Shown here: piece after piece, positions 1 through 9,166 of the stretch
How the letters are laid out: the number at the start of each line of letters is the position of its first letter
How positions within the stretch are numbered: position 1 is the stretch's first letter
Assembly (NCBI GenBank): GCA_041577335.1
Contig: JBFGJH010000013.1
Location: forward strand, 1 to 62,083
Source of the DNA: Acidimicrobiia bacterium
GTDB taxonomy: Bacteria > Actinomycetota > Acidimicrobiia > Spongiisociales > JAENVV01
Direction: 5' to 3'
DNA: 62,083 nucleotides
Position numbers and translations under genes: made by a program
The notes under the pieces: model-generated
What the model was told of the DNA's origin: nothing
The model's input: the letters and a program-made list of their open reading frames with translations, nothing else
Database searches by the model: none

Positions 1-138
1 CTGGCGCCCGACTTCGTGCCGATCTCCGAGTTGGGAGCCCATCCTGGCGCCGCACGAACAGACGCCGGTCGGGCGCGGCGGCCGTTGCCGCTGCCCTGCC
101 AAGCCGTGAAGTGCCTGAGAACCGCGGGTACACCAGTT

Positions 139-240
139 GGGGGTGCTCGAGGGGGCGGATCCCTCCGGCCCCCTCGACCCGGAGTTGCGGCGGCGTGTAC
201 GCCGCAACGACAGAACGAGTGCCGCCGAAGGGCGGCTCGA
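139..240. repeat. Multi-hairpin REP-like intergenic element
   Basis: Three consecutive inverted repeats: TCGAGGGGGC/GCCCCCTCGA (147-177), GTTGCGGCG/CGCCGCAAC (184-208), GCCGCC-GAAG-GGCGGC (221-236). Confidence 0.55.
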
Positions 241-251
241 CAAGAACTCGA

Positions 252-341
252 TCCGGGCCTGCTCGGATCGAAACGCCTCAGTCCGGGTCTGCTCGGATCG
301 AAACGCCTCAGTCCGGGTCTGCTCGGATCGAAACGCCTCAG
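252..341. repeat. 30-bp tandem repeat x3
   Basis: TCCGGG(T/C)CTGCTCGGATCGAAACGCCTCAG three times head-to-tail with no spacers; the last copy contains the stop codon of the adjacent minus-strand gene. Confidence 0.95.
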
Positions 342-1447
342 GTCGGCGGCTCAGCTCGGAGGCGCCAGGCGCCGACGATCACCGAACCCATACCTGCGAT
401 CAGGCCGATACCGATGAGGATGAGTCCGAGCGGCCGGACCAAAGAGAGCACGACCCAGAACGCGGCTCCCGCCAGAAAGTCGAGCGTCGGCGGTTGGGGT
501 CGCCGCCAGAAGAAGCGCCCGATCGAGGTCGAAGCCGGAACGAAGCCGACGAGCACCGCCAGCGCAACGGCGGCGAGATAGGCCGCTGCCACGGGCGCAA
601 CGGCCAGGAGCGCCGGAACGGTCAGGTCGGCCGACGTGACGGCAAAACTGGCGACAAACGCCCCCATCACAATCGGCGGCACGACCAGGCTCACCACACC
701 GACTCCCAGGCCAAGCCAGGGGCGTTTAGCTACCTCAGCGGCACGCTGAATGACCCTCGGCGCCAGCCATATCGCCAGCGCCCCCAGCCCCACGACGCTC
801 AGCAGCGACAGGATCGTCGCCCCGAGCAGCAGCGCCCGAACTCGAATTGGCACAGGTAGTCGCCCCAGCTCGGTAGTGAGCCCGGCGACCTGAGCGGTTT
901 CGGCGAGCTCGAGGTCGCCTCGATAGCGAAGATCTCCGCCCACGAATCCAGACACCACGATTGTCCGAGCGTTGACCTCGGCGTCAGCGCCTATCGTGCC
1001 GGCGACGCCGATCTCCGTCGCCATTTGGGCGCGCAGTTCTCGCCCAACGTCACCGGGCACTTCGAGATCCCAACCGAAACCGAGCACGTCGCGGCCCGTG
1101 CTGCCGCCGATGTGTGACCTGAGAGCAGCGACGGCGAGATCATCCCGGATCTCGCCATCCATCGTGACAGTCCCAGCGAGCACGCGCACGGAACCGAGCA
1201 CTTCACCGGTGATGTTGATTTCTTGCGCCACGGCAAGCACATCGCCTTCCACAACTCCTTCGATGGTGACGTCGTTGAAGGAGGCGGCAATGAGATCACC
1301 TTCGATGCGGCCGCGGACAATCACCCGTTCCCCCGCGGCATACAGGTCCTCGGTGATCACGTCGGATTCTCTGACGATCACCAGATCAGAAGCCGCCGCT
1401 TCTGCGGTGACGCCCCCGAGTGGAGCCGCCACCGCCATCGCGAGCAC
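338..1447 (-). CDS. Membrane protein with polymer-forming cytoskeletal (bactofilin-like) beta-helix repeats
   Basis: Repeated 'G-x-V/I-x-G-D-V/L' units followed by several TM helices; start trimmed from the 469-aa ORF to just after the nuoN stop (exact start uncertain). Confidence 0.7.
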   Translation of the reverse strand: MLAMAVAAPLGGVTAEAAASDLVIVRESDVITEDLYAAGERVIVRGRIEGDLIAASFNDVTIEGVVEGDVLAVAQEINITGEVLGSVRVLAGTVTMDGEIRDDLAVAALRSHIGGSTGRDVLGFGWDLEVPGDVGRELRAQMATEIGVAGTIGADAEVNARTIVVSGFVGGDLRYRGDLELAETAQVAGLTTELGRLPVPIRVRALLLGATILSLLSVVGLGALAIWLAPRVIQRAAEVAKRPWLGLGVGVVSLVVPPIVMGAFVASFAVTSADLTVPALLAVAPVAAAYLAAVALAVLVGFVPASTSIGRFFWRRPQPPTLDFLAGAAFWVVLSLVRPLGLILIGIGLIAGMGSVIVGAWRLRAEPPT

Positions 1448-1472
1448 GGCCAGCGCCAGTGACCGGCGTGGC

Positions 1473-2936
1473 CTAGAGCGAGGCTTCAAGAAAGTCGAGC
1501 AGCGGTCGCGCATAGATGCCCAACACGATGGTCGCCACCGAAATGATCGCCAGCATCCATCGAACCGATGGTGGAGCCTGCGGGGCGGCCTTGGGCGTGC
1601 CAGGAGTCTCGACCGGCTCACGGAAATACATGTCGACGATGACCCGAAGGTAGAAGAAGAAGGCGGCGACCGAAGCGACCAGCGCCAGGATGACGAGCCA
1701 CTCCAGACCACCGATCCAGCCCTCTCTGAACACCCCAAACTTGGCAACGAACCCGGCCGTCACCGGCATCCCGGACATGGCGAGCATCATCAATCCCAGG
1801 GTTGCAGCGAGGAGCGGCGCTCGCCGAGCCAGTCCCACATATTCCTCGCGGGCCGAGCCAGACGATCCGGGCCCTGACACCGTGGCCGCAACGGTGAAGG
1901 CCGCTACCAGCTGGATCGTGTACACGGCCAGATAGAAGGAAACTGCGTAGCGACTGGCCGGGCCGGTCGCTATTCCAATCAGGATGAATCCTGCGTGGGC
2001 AATTCCCGAATAGGCCAACATGCGTCTTATGTCGCTCTGGGCGATGGCGAGAAGTGTGCCGACGACGATCGAGATGGCGGCAATGCCGGCCAGGGGAGCC
2101 TGCCAATCGTCGAGGAACGGGCCATACGCCTCCCAAACGATTCGGGCAAGCGCCGCGAATCCGCCGATCTTGGCGGCGGCTGCCATGAACCCGACCACCC
2201 CCGCAGGTGCCCCTTGGTAGACATCAGGCGCCCAAGCGTGGAACGGGGCTGCGGTGACTTTGAACAGCAGACCTGCCGCCATCAAGCCAAGGGCGACGAG
2301 TATCACCCCGGGCTTCGTGAACACCACCGAAGCGAGCGCGCTCGGCAACGCCACCAGGAAGAGGCTCCCAGTCCCCGCGAAGAACAGGGCCACCCCGTAC
2401 AGAAAGATCGCTGACGCGAACGAGCCGAGGAGGAAATACTTCATGGCTGCCTCGTCGGCCAGGCGCCGTTCCCGGGTGATCCCTGCCAGGACGTACAAGC
2501 TGATCGATCCGATCTCGAGGCCGATGAACATCATCACCAAGTTGCCCGAAGACGCCAAGAACGAGAAGCCGATCGTCGCGATGAACATGAGGGCAAGCAT
2601 CTCTGCCCCACGTCGGCCGAGCTCGCGCAACAGCGGCCATGCCGCCACCGTGGCGAGTCCCAGCACTGCGACCAGTAGGAACCGCACCACAATGGAGAGG
2701 CCATCGAGACGGGCCATGTTGAGGAAGAATTCTTGGCCGACGAGATCCGAGCGCCATTGCGCCCAGGTGAATGCCGCTGCGCCGCCTATTCCGACGATGG
2801 CCACGGCGGCGTGCACGTCGTGGTTGTCGGGCTTCGCCACGATGTCATAGGCCAATACCACCACCGCGGCCAGCAGCAGCACGATTTCGGGGGCGATTGC
2901 CAGCCACGAGGTTGAAGCGCCGAGAGCATCGAACAT
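1473..2936 (-). CDS. nuoN: NADH-quinone oxidoreductase subunit N
   Basis: EAAMKYFLLG, FKVTAAPFHAWAPDVYQGAP, RMLAYSGIAHAG motifs; operon position. Confidence 0.97.
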   Translation of the reverse strand: MFDALGASTSWLAIAPEIVLLLAAVVVLAYDIVAKPDNHDVHAAVAIVGIGGAAAFTWAQWRSDLVGQEFFLNMARLDGLSIVVRFLLVAVLGLATVAAWPLLRELGRRGAEMLALMFIATIGFSFLASSGNLVMMFIGLEIGSISLYVLAGITRERRLADEAAMKYFLLGSFASAIFLYGVALFFAGTGSLFLVALPSALASVVFTKPGVILVALGLMAAGLLFKVTAAPFHAWAPDVYQGAPAGVVGFMAAAAKIGGFAALARIVWEAYGPFLDDWQAPLAGIAAISIVVGTLLAIAQSDIRRMLAYSGIAHAGFILIGIATGPASRYAVSFYLAVYTIQLVAAFTVAATVSGPGSSGSAREEYVGLARRAPLLAATLGLMMLAMSGMPVTAGFVAKFGVFREGWIGGLEWLVILALVASVAAFFFYLRVIVDMYFREPVETPGTPKAAPQAPPSVRWMLAIISVATIVLGIYARPLLDFLEASL

Positions 2937-2938
2937 GC

Positions 2939-4465
2939 CTATTCCCCTCCTGCCGACAGATCGAGCGCAGGAAGCTCGTAGCTCGAAGTGGCTGCCACCC
3001 GTTCCAGGACCGCGTCGGTGGATGGCGAGATCCGATCGAGCAGGATGTTGGGATACAGGCCGAGCAGAATGATGAGGACGACGAGCGGAACAAACAGCGA
3101 GATTTCCCGAAGGTTGAGGTCGGAAAGGACCTTGTTTTCCTCTTTGGTCGGCTCACCTGTGAAGACCCGTTCGTATGCCCACAGCAAATAGATGGCGGCC
3201 AGGACCACTCCTGACGCCGCGATGATCGAGTAGACCGGCAATGTTGCATACGAACCGATCAAGATCAGGAACTCGCCAACGAACCCATTGAGACCGGGAA
3301 GACCGATCGAGGCAAACGCCATGAACAAGAACAGGCCTGCGAAGATCGGCATGATCTTCGCGAGCCCTCCGAAGTCGGCGATTGCCTTGGTGTGCCTCCG
3401 CTCATAGATCATCCCGACGAGCAGGAAGAGCGCCCCGGTGGTGAGACCGTGGTTGATCATCTGGATGACGCCGCCTTCGAGACCCGCCCGGGTGAGCGCA
3501 AAGATGCCGAGAACGATGAAGCCCAGGTGGCTCACCGACGAATAGGCGACCAGCTTCTTGAGGTCCGGTTGAACGATCGCAACGACTGCTCCGTACACGA
3601 TGCCGATGACAGCGAGCGTCGCCATGATCGGTATCGCGTCGACGGTCGCCTGGGGGAACAACGGCAGGTTGAAACGGAGAAATCCGTAGGTGCCGAGTTT
3701 CAGCATCACCCCGGCCAGGATCACCGATCCAGCGGTCGGCGCCTGGACGTGTGCATCCGGCAGCCAGGTGTGGACAGGGAATATCGGCACCTTGATGGCA
3801 AAGGCAACGGCGAACCCTGCGAACAGCCAGCCTTGTGTTTGGCGCGTCAGCTCCAGATCGAGAAGATCGAGATAGTCGAATGACCACACTCCGGTTTGTT
3901 CGGCACTGAGGGCGCCCAGCGCAATGATTCCCGCCAACATGAGCGCCGATCCAAAGGCCGTGTACAGGAAGAACTTGATTGCGGCGTAGATCCGGTCCTC
4001 GGAACCCCAGATTCCGATGATGAAGTACATGGGAATCAGGATCGCCTCGAAAAAGACGAAAAAGACGATCAGGTCGAGCGACACGAACACGCCGATGAGT
4101 CCCGCCTCGAGCATCAACACCATTATCACGAACAGCTTGATGCGGTCGGTGATGGCCACCGACGCTGCCAAAGAGATGGGGATGAGGAGTGTGGTCAACA
4201 GGATCAAAGGCATGGCGATGCCATCAACGCCGACATGCCAGTTGATGCCCCATTCCGGGTACCAGGCTGCGAATTCCACAAACTGGAAATTCGCCGATGG
4301 CTCAAACTCGGCGAACAACAGGCCGGCGAGAGCGATCGGAAGCAGGCTGACGGCAACGCCGATGGGGAGGTGGAGCTCTTTACGAGCGGCCGGCACGATG
4401 GCGACCGCAGCGGCACCCACGATCGGGGTGACGATGAGGGCGGCCAGCAGTGGAAAACCCATCAC
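2939..4465 (-). CDS. nuoM: NADH-quinone oxidoreductase subunit M
   Basis: KVPIFPVHTWLPDAHVQAPT, KKLVAYSSVSHLG motifs. Confidence 0.97.
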   Translation of the reverse strand: MMGFPLLAALIVTPIVGAAAVAIVPAARKELHLPIGVAVSLLPIALAGLLFAEFEPSANFQFVEFAAWYPEWGINWHVGVDGIAMPLILLTTLLIPISLAASVAITDRIKLFVIMVLMLEAGLIGVFVSLDLIVFFVFFEAILIPMYFIIGIWGSEDRIYAAIKFFLYTAFGSALMLAGIIALGALSAEQTGVWSFDYLDLLDLELTRQTQGWLFAGFAVAFAIKVPIFPVHTWLPDAHVQAPTAGSVILAGVMLKLGTYGFLRFNLPLFPQATVDAIPIMATLAVIGIVYGAVVAIVQPDLKKLVAYSSVSHLGFIVLGIFALTRAGLEGGVIQMINHGLTTGALFLLVGMIYERRHTKAIADFGGLAKIMPIFAGLFLFMAFASIGLPGLNGFVGEFLILIGSYATLPVYSIIAASGVVLAAIYLLWAYERVFTGEPTKEENKVLSDLNLREISLFVPLVVLIILLGLYPNILLDRISPSTDAVLERVAATSSYELPALDLSAGGE

Positions 4466-6381
4466 AAGGCTCCTCTACTGAGCAGCCATATTGCCAGGCC
4501 CACTGCGGCCGCGGCCAGCGTCACCCCATACGTCCGAACGAACCCCGTCTGCAGCGGTCGCAGTGCAGTACCCAGGCGACTCGTCAGCCGGCCGACACCG
4601 TTGACGCTCCCATCAACGACCGCGTCGTCGAACCGAGCCGTCAGAAACGCAGCTCGTTTGCCCGGCAACACAATGGTTCGGCCAAACATCTGATCCACCC
4701 AGTACGCGTTCTCCCAAGCCAGGAAAGGACGTCGGGTGCGGTCGAGGAACCATTGCCGGAAGGCTCCGCCCCGGTAGTACACGAGCGTGGCAAGGCCAAT
4801 GCCAATGATGCCGGCACTGCCTGACACGGCGGCCAGGAGCACGATCAGAGCGGACGACTCCAGGTGAGCCATCTGGATGCCCTCCAATGACGGTTCCAGG
4901 AAATGCTCCAAGGCCGGGTTGATCTTCGGCATGTTCACGAATCCGGCTACGGCAGCCAGCACAGCGAGAACAACCAGTGGGAGGGTCATGGTGCGCGGGG
5001 ATTCGTGCGGCTCAACGCCCTCCTCCCAGCGCGGCTCGCCGAGAAACACCATGATGAACTGGCGAGTGATGTAGAACGCGGTGATGAGCGCAGTCACGAT
5101 GCCGACCACCCACAAGACCATGAACCAGCCACCCGACGCGAACGCCGATGCGAGAACTTCGTCCTTCGACCAGAAGCCTGATAGCGGAAACAAACCAGCG
5201 ATGGCAAGAGTGCCGACGCCCATGGTCCACGCGGTCACCGGCATTTTCTTGAGGAGCCCACCCATCTTGCGCATGTCTTGCTGGTCATGCATGCCATGGA
5301 TCACGGACCCGGCAGCGAGGAACAAGAGCGCCTTGAAGAAGGCGTGCGTCATCAGGTGGAACAAGCCGGCCACGTATCCGGTGGCTCCGACCGCGAGAAA
5401 CATGTAGCCGAGCTGACTGACCGTGGAATAGGCCAATACTTTCTTGATGTCGTTTTGGCCGATGGCGATGGTGGCGGCAACGAGCGCCGTGGCTGCTCCG
5501 ACGGTGGCAACGACCACCGACGCCGTTCCGGAGAGCTGGAAGAGCGCCGCCGTTCTGGCGATCAGGTAGACGCCGGCCGTGACCATCGTGGCCGCGTGGA
5601 TCAGAGCAGAAACCGGGGTGGGGCCTTCCATGGCGTCGGGGAGCCACACGTAGAGCGGGATCTGCGCCGACTTGCCCGCTGCTCCGACGAGGAACAGCAG
5701 ACAGATCGCCGTCGCAGTACCTGCCGTGATGATCTCGCCGGGTAGCTCGAGCACCTCGCCCATCGAGAGGGTGCCGAACGACGTGAACACGATCATGAGG
5801 CCGACGATGAACCCGAGGTCGCCGATGCGGTTCACCACGAAGGCCTTCTTTCCGGCTGCGGCCGCCGACGGCTTGGTGTACCAGAAGCTGATGAGGAGGT
5901 AGGAGCACAGTCCGACGAGCTCCCAGCCGATGAACAGCATGGCGAAGTTGTTGGCCAGCACCAACGTCAGCATCGATGCGGCAAACAGGTTGAGGTATGT
6001 GAAGAACCGGGGAAAACGTTCGTCGCCATGCATATAGCCGACCGAGTAGATGTGGATCAACATGCCAACGCCGGTGACGATCAACGTCATGAACGCCGCC
6101 AAGGGATCCCATCGCAGCTCGAACGCGGCGCCTATGGACGGCATCCAGTCCCACAACATGACGGTCGTGGGATGGTGGGCGAGCTCTCCACCCGCAAACA
6201 TGGGAATGGAGGCAACGATTGCCAACCCAAATGAACCGGCGATCGCCAACGTGGCCAACGCGCCAGATCTCGGCTCGCCGATGAACCGGCCGAAGAAGTG
6301 AAGGAAGATCGCCCCGAGCAGCGGCAACAGAATGATGAGTCCCAACAGGTTCTCGATGACGAACTCATACACCTCGTTCAC
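4462..6381 (-). CDS. nuoL: NADH-quinone oxidoreductase subunit L
   Basis: GKSAQIPLYVWLPDAMEGPTPVSALIHAATMV, HAFFKALLF motifs. Confidence 0.97.
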   Translation of the reverse strand: MNEVYEFVIENLLGLIILLPLLGAIFLHFFGRFIGEPRSGALATLAIAGSFGLAIVASIPMFAGGELAHHPTTVMLWDWMPSIGAAFELRWDPLAAFMTLIVTGVGMLIHIYSVGYMHGDERFPRFFTYLNLFAASMLTLVLANNFAMLFIGWELVGLCSYLLISFWYTKPSAAAAGKKAFVVNRIGDLGFIVGLMIVFTSFGTLSMGEVLELPGEIITAGTATAICLLFLVGAAGKSAQIPLYVWLPDAMEGPTPVSALIHAATMVTAGVYLIARTAALFQLSGTASVVVATVGAATALVAATIAIGQNDIKKVLAYSTVSQLGYMFLAVGATGYVAGLFHLMTHAFFKALLFLAAGSVIHGMHDQQDMRKMGGLLKKMPVTAWTMGVGTLAIAGLFPLSGFWSKDEVLASAFASGGWFMVLWVVGIVTALITAFYITRQFIMVFLGEPRWEEGVEPHESPRTMTLPLVVLAVLAAVAGFVNMPKINPALEHFLEPSLEGIQMAHLESSALIVLLAAVSGSAGIIGIGLATLVYYRGGAFRQWFLDRTRRPFLAWENAYWVDQMFGRTIVLPGKRAAFLTARFDDAVVDGSVNGVGRLTSRLGTALRPLQTGFVRTYGVTLAAAAVGLAIWLLSRGAL

Positions 6382-6597
6382 GGCACGCCCCTTGCGAGCG
6401 ATGCAGAGGAGCCAAAACCACCGAGCAGACCTGCGGCGAGCGCAGCCCCAGTAACGCGAGCATCAAAACCGCTTGGCAACCCTGATGACGGATAGGCGCG
6501 AGGCGCGAAACCGAGCTGGAGAATCGCGTCGCGATTCTCCAAAGGACCGTGGCAAGGCGCAGCGAGCGAAGGCAAGTGGCGTGCGGTCACGGTACCC
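6382..6597. repeat. Hairpin-containing intergenic insert between nuoK and nuoL
   Basis: 216-bp gap in an otherwise tightly packed operon; inverted repeat TGGAGAATCGCG-T-CGCGATTCTCCA (6517-6541); carries a 70-aa ORF (6378-6590) whose stop overlaps the nuoL start. Confidence 0.55.
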
Positions 6598-6906
6598 CTA
6601 TCCCTTCATCTCAGACAGGGCGTCGACATTGGCGGTGGTTCGAGTGTGGAACACGGCCACGATGATCGCCAGGCCGACAACCACTTCGGCGGCGGCCACC
6701 ACCAGCACGAAGAAGACGGCAAGCTGTCCGTCGAGCACGCCATAGGCGCGCCCGGCGGCAACGAAGGTCAGGTTCACGGCGTTCAACATCAGCTCGACCG
6801 ACATGAACATGATCAATGCGTTCCGGCGAGTCAACATGCCCACGGCGCCGATGAGAAACAACGCGGCGGCCAGCCCCATGTACCACGATGGGTCGAGATC
6901 AGGCAT
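6598..6906 (-). CDS. nuoK: NADH-quinone oxidoreductase subunit K
   Basis: [30 protein letters not shown]; start taken at MPDLD. Confidence 0.95.
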   Translation of the reverse strand: MPDLDPSWYMGLAAALFLIGAVGMLTRRNALIMFMSVELMLNAVNLTFVAAGRAYGVLDGQLAVFFVLVVAAAEVVVGLAIIVAVFHTRTTANVDALSEMKG

Positions 6907-7435
6907 CTGACTTCTCCTTCCGCCGTCGGACAGGAGCAAAGAAGGCAAGAGCGATCGCGCCGATGGAGGCGACGATGAGGAGCAGCGACACCGCTTCGAA
7001 TGGCAGCGCCCACACGCTGAACAACTGCTCGGCCACCGCCGCCATCGTCCCGTTGGGAGCTTCAGCCCCCGCAGGCGCCAGAGGAGTCCACGACCATTCG
7101 TCGGCGACGACGGCAGCCACGCCGAGGCCGACGGCCGCAGCGCCGACGATGAACACCAGGGGCCGTTGAAAACGGAGGGTTTCGCTGGTGTCTTCGGCTC
7201 GATCGACCCCGATGAGCATGATGACGAACAGGAAGAGTGTCATCACCGCCCCCGCATAAACGATGACCTGGACGGCCGCCACGAGATGAGCCAGATTCAC
7301 GATGTAGAACACGGCGAGCGAGAACAACGTCGCCATCAGCCCCAATGCCGCATAGACAGGGTTCTTGGCGGTGACCATGGCGATGGCACCGGCCAGGGAC
7401 ACGGCCCCAAAAATGACGAAGAGCGCCGCTTCCAT
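6899..7435 (-). CDS. nuoJ: NADH-quinone oxidoreductase subunit J
   Basis: [29 protein letters not shown]. Confidence 0.95.
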   Translation of the reverse strand: MEAALFVIFGAVSLAGAIAMVTAKNPVYAALGLMATLFSLAVFYIVNLAHLVAAVQVIVYAGAVMTLFLFVIMLIGVDRAEDTSETLRFQRPLVFIVGAAAVGLGVAAVVADEWSWTPLAPAGAEAPNGTMAAVAEQLFSVWALPFEAVSLLLIVASIGAIALAFFAPVRRRKEKSDA

Positions 7436-8058
7436 CAGCTCGACTGGTCCTTCTGCGGCGGCTCAGGGGGGCGCAGCCCGACTCCCGCCGATGGTGTCCA
7501 TGCATCGATCCCGGTGTAGGCGGCTCTGCCTTGCGGTGATGTGGCCCGCATCCACCCATCGGCGTTGACGAGCTCTTGTAGGTTGGCGAGCGGATCGTTG
7601 GGGAACATGTGTGCCGGCGTGCCGTCTTCGCCCACCAACAGTTCGGTCTTCGTGTAGATGGCGTCCTCGCGGTTCGTCGTCGACATTTCGAAGAGCTGGG
7701 TCATGGTGATGGCCTCGGTCGGGCATGCTTCGACACACAATGCGCAGAAGATGCAGCGCAGCATGTTGATTTCGTACACAAACCCGTAACGCTCACCGGG
7801 GCTCACCGGCTGGTCTTCGGGGTTGTCGGCTCCTCGCACGTAGATGCACCGAGCCGGGCACGCACCGGCACAGAGCTCACACCCAATGCACTTCTCCATG
7901 CCGTCGGCATATCGGTTGAGGACATGGCGCCCGTGAAAGCGCGCCGGCTTCTCCCGAAACTCCTTGGGGTATTCCTGGGTGATCGCCCCTTTCCCGAACA
8001 CGGTGTCGATCATTCGCCGAAACGTGACCGCCATGCCCTTGGCGAAATCTGTCAGCAT
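7435..8058 (-). CDS. nuoI: NADH-quinone oxidoreductase subunit I
   Basis: Two CxxCxxCxxxCP motifs ([24 protein letters not shown]). Confidence 0.96.
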   Translation of the reverse strand: MLTDFAKGMAVTFRRMIDTVFGKGAITQEYPKEFREKPARFHGRHVLNRYADGMEKCIGCELCAGACPARCIYVRGADNPEDQPVSPGERYGFVYEINMLRCIFCALCVEACPTEAITMTQLFEMSTTNREDAIYTKTELLVGEDGTPAHMFPNDPLANLQELVNADGWMRATSPQGRAAYTGIDAWTPSAGVGLRPPEPPQKDQSS

Positions 8059-8071
8059 CGTCCTCTCCCTG

Positions 8072-9166
8072 TCATGCCCAAGGCAATCCGAATGTGCGAA
8101 CAGCGAGTACCAGCGTCGACAAGATCAACCAGGCGAGCGCCACGGGAATGAGGCGTTTCCAGCCGAGCTCCATGAGCTGGTCGTATCGCATTCGTGGCAG
8201 CGACGCTCGCAGCCAGATGTACACGAAGATGAGAACAAAGACCTTGGCGAAGAAGTAACCGATCGAAAGCAGCGTCGCCGGAATGCCATCGAGCTGGTCG
8301 AGGAAGGGCCCTCCCCAGCCACCAAGGAACAAACTGACGCCGATCGCCGACATCGTGAACATGTTGACGTATTCCGCCAGGAAGAACAGCGCGAAACGCA
8401 TGCCCGAATACTCGGTGTGAAAGCCACCCACGATCTCCTGCTCAGCTTCTACGAGGTCGAACGGAGCGCGGTTCGTTTCGGCCACGGCCGCGATCGCGAA
8501 CACGACGAACGGGATGAACAATGGAAGGATGTTCCACCGGGGAATGAAGCCTGCCCAGGTTCCTTGTTGCTGCTCGATGATCGAGACGACAGACAATGAG
8601 GCTTCTCCGCCTCCGGTGCGAGTGAGGGCCGTGTACATGGCGACCGATACGAGGGCCAAGCCCATGGCTGCCTCGTACGAGATCGCCTGAGCGGTGGCCC
8701 GAACGCCGCCCAGCAGCGGATACTTCGAGCCCGACGACCAGCCGGCCAGAACGATGCCGTAGACGGCAGTCGACGACACGGCCAGGATGAATAACAGGCC
8801 CACGTTGAGATCCATGGCATTGAGTGTGATCACCCGAAGTCCCTCCGACGTCTGCACGGTGAACGGCCGGCCAATCGGGATGACCAGGAACAGGAGGAAG
8901 GCCGTGATGACCGACAGTGCTGGAGCCAGGAGGTACGCCCCCAACTCGGCTTTCTTCGGGGTGATTTGTTCTTTGAAGAAGAGCTTGAGGCCGTCGGCCA
9001 CCGTCTGGAGGATGCCGTGCGGGCCGGCCCGCATCGGCCCGAGTCGATCTTGCATGTCGGCGACGACTTTGCGTTCGACCCACACGAGGAGAACTGTGAC
9101 GTTGAGTAGCAACCCGAAGATCGCCACGGTCTTTCCGAAGGTCAGCCAGAAGTCGAATTGATCCAT
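8072..9166 (-). CDS. nuoH: NADH-quinone oxidoreductase subunit H
   Basis: [38 protein letters not shown]. Confidence 0.97.
   Translation of the reverse strand: MDQFDFWLTFGKTVAIFGLLLNVTVLLVWVERKVVADMQDRLGPMRAGPHGILQTVADGLKLFFKEQITPKKAELGAYLLAPALSVITAFLLFLVIPIGRPFTVQTSEGLRVITLNAMDLNVGLLFILAVSSTAVYGIVLAGWSSGSKYPLLGGVRATAQAISYEAAMGLALVSVAMYTALTRTGGGEASLSVVSIIEQQQGTWAGFIPRWNILPLFIPFVVFAIAAVAETNRAPFDLVEAEQEIVGGFHTEYSGMRFALFFLAEYVNMFTMSAIGVSLFLGGWGGPFLDQLDGIPATLLSIGYFFAKVFVLIFVYIWLRASLPRMRYDQLMELGWKRLIPVALAWLILSTLVLAVRTFGLPWA

Noticed and set aside
252..341. Possible CRISPR array (30-bp repeats)
   Set aside because: The repeats are directly adjacent with no spacers, and no cas genes are present.
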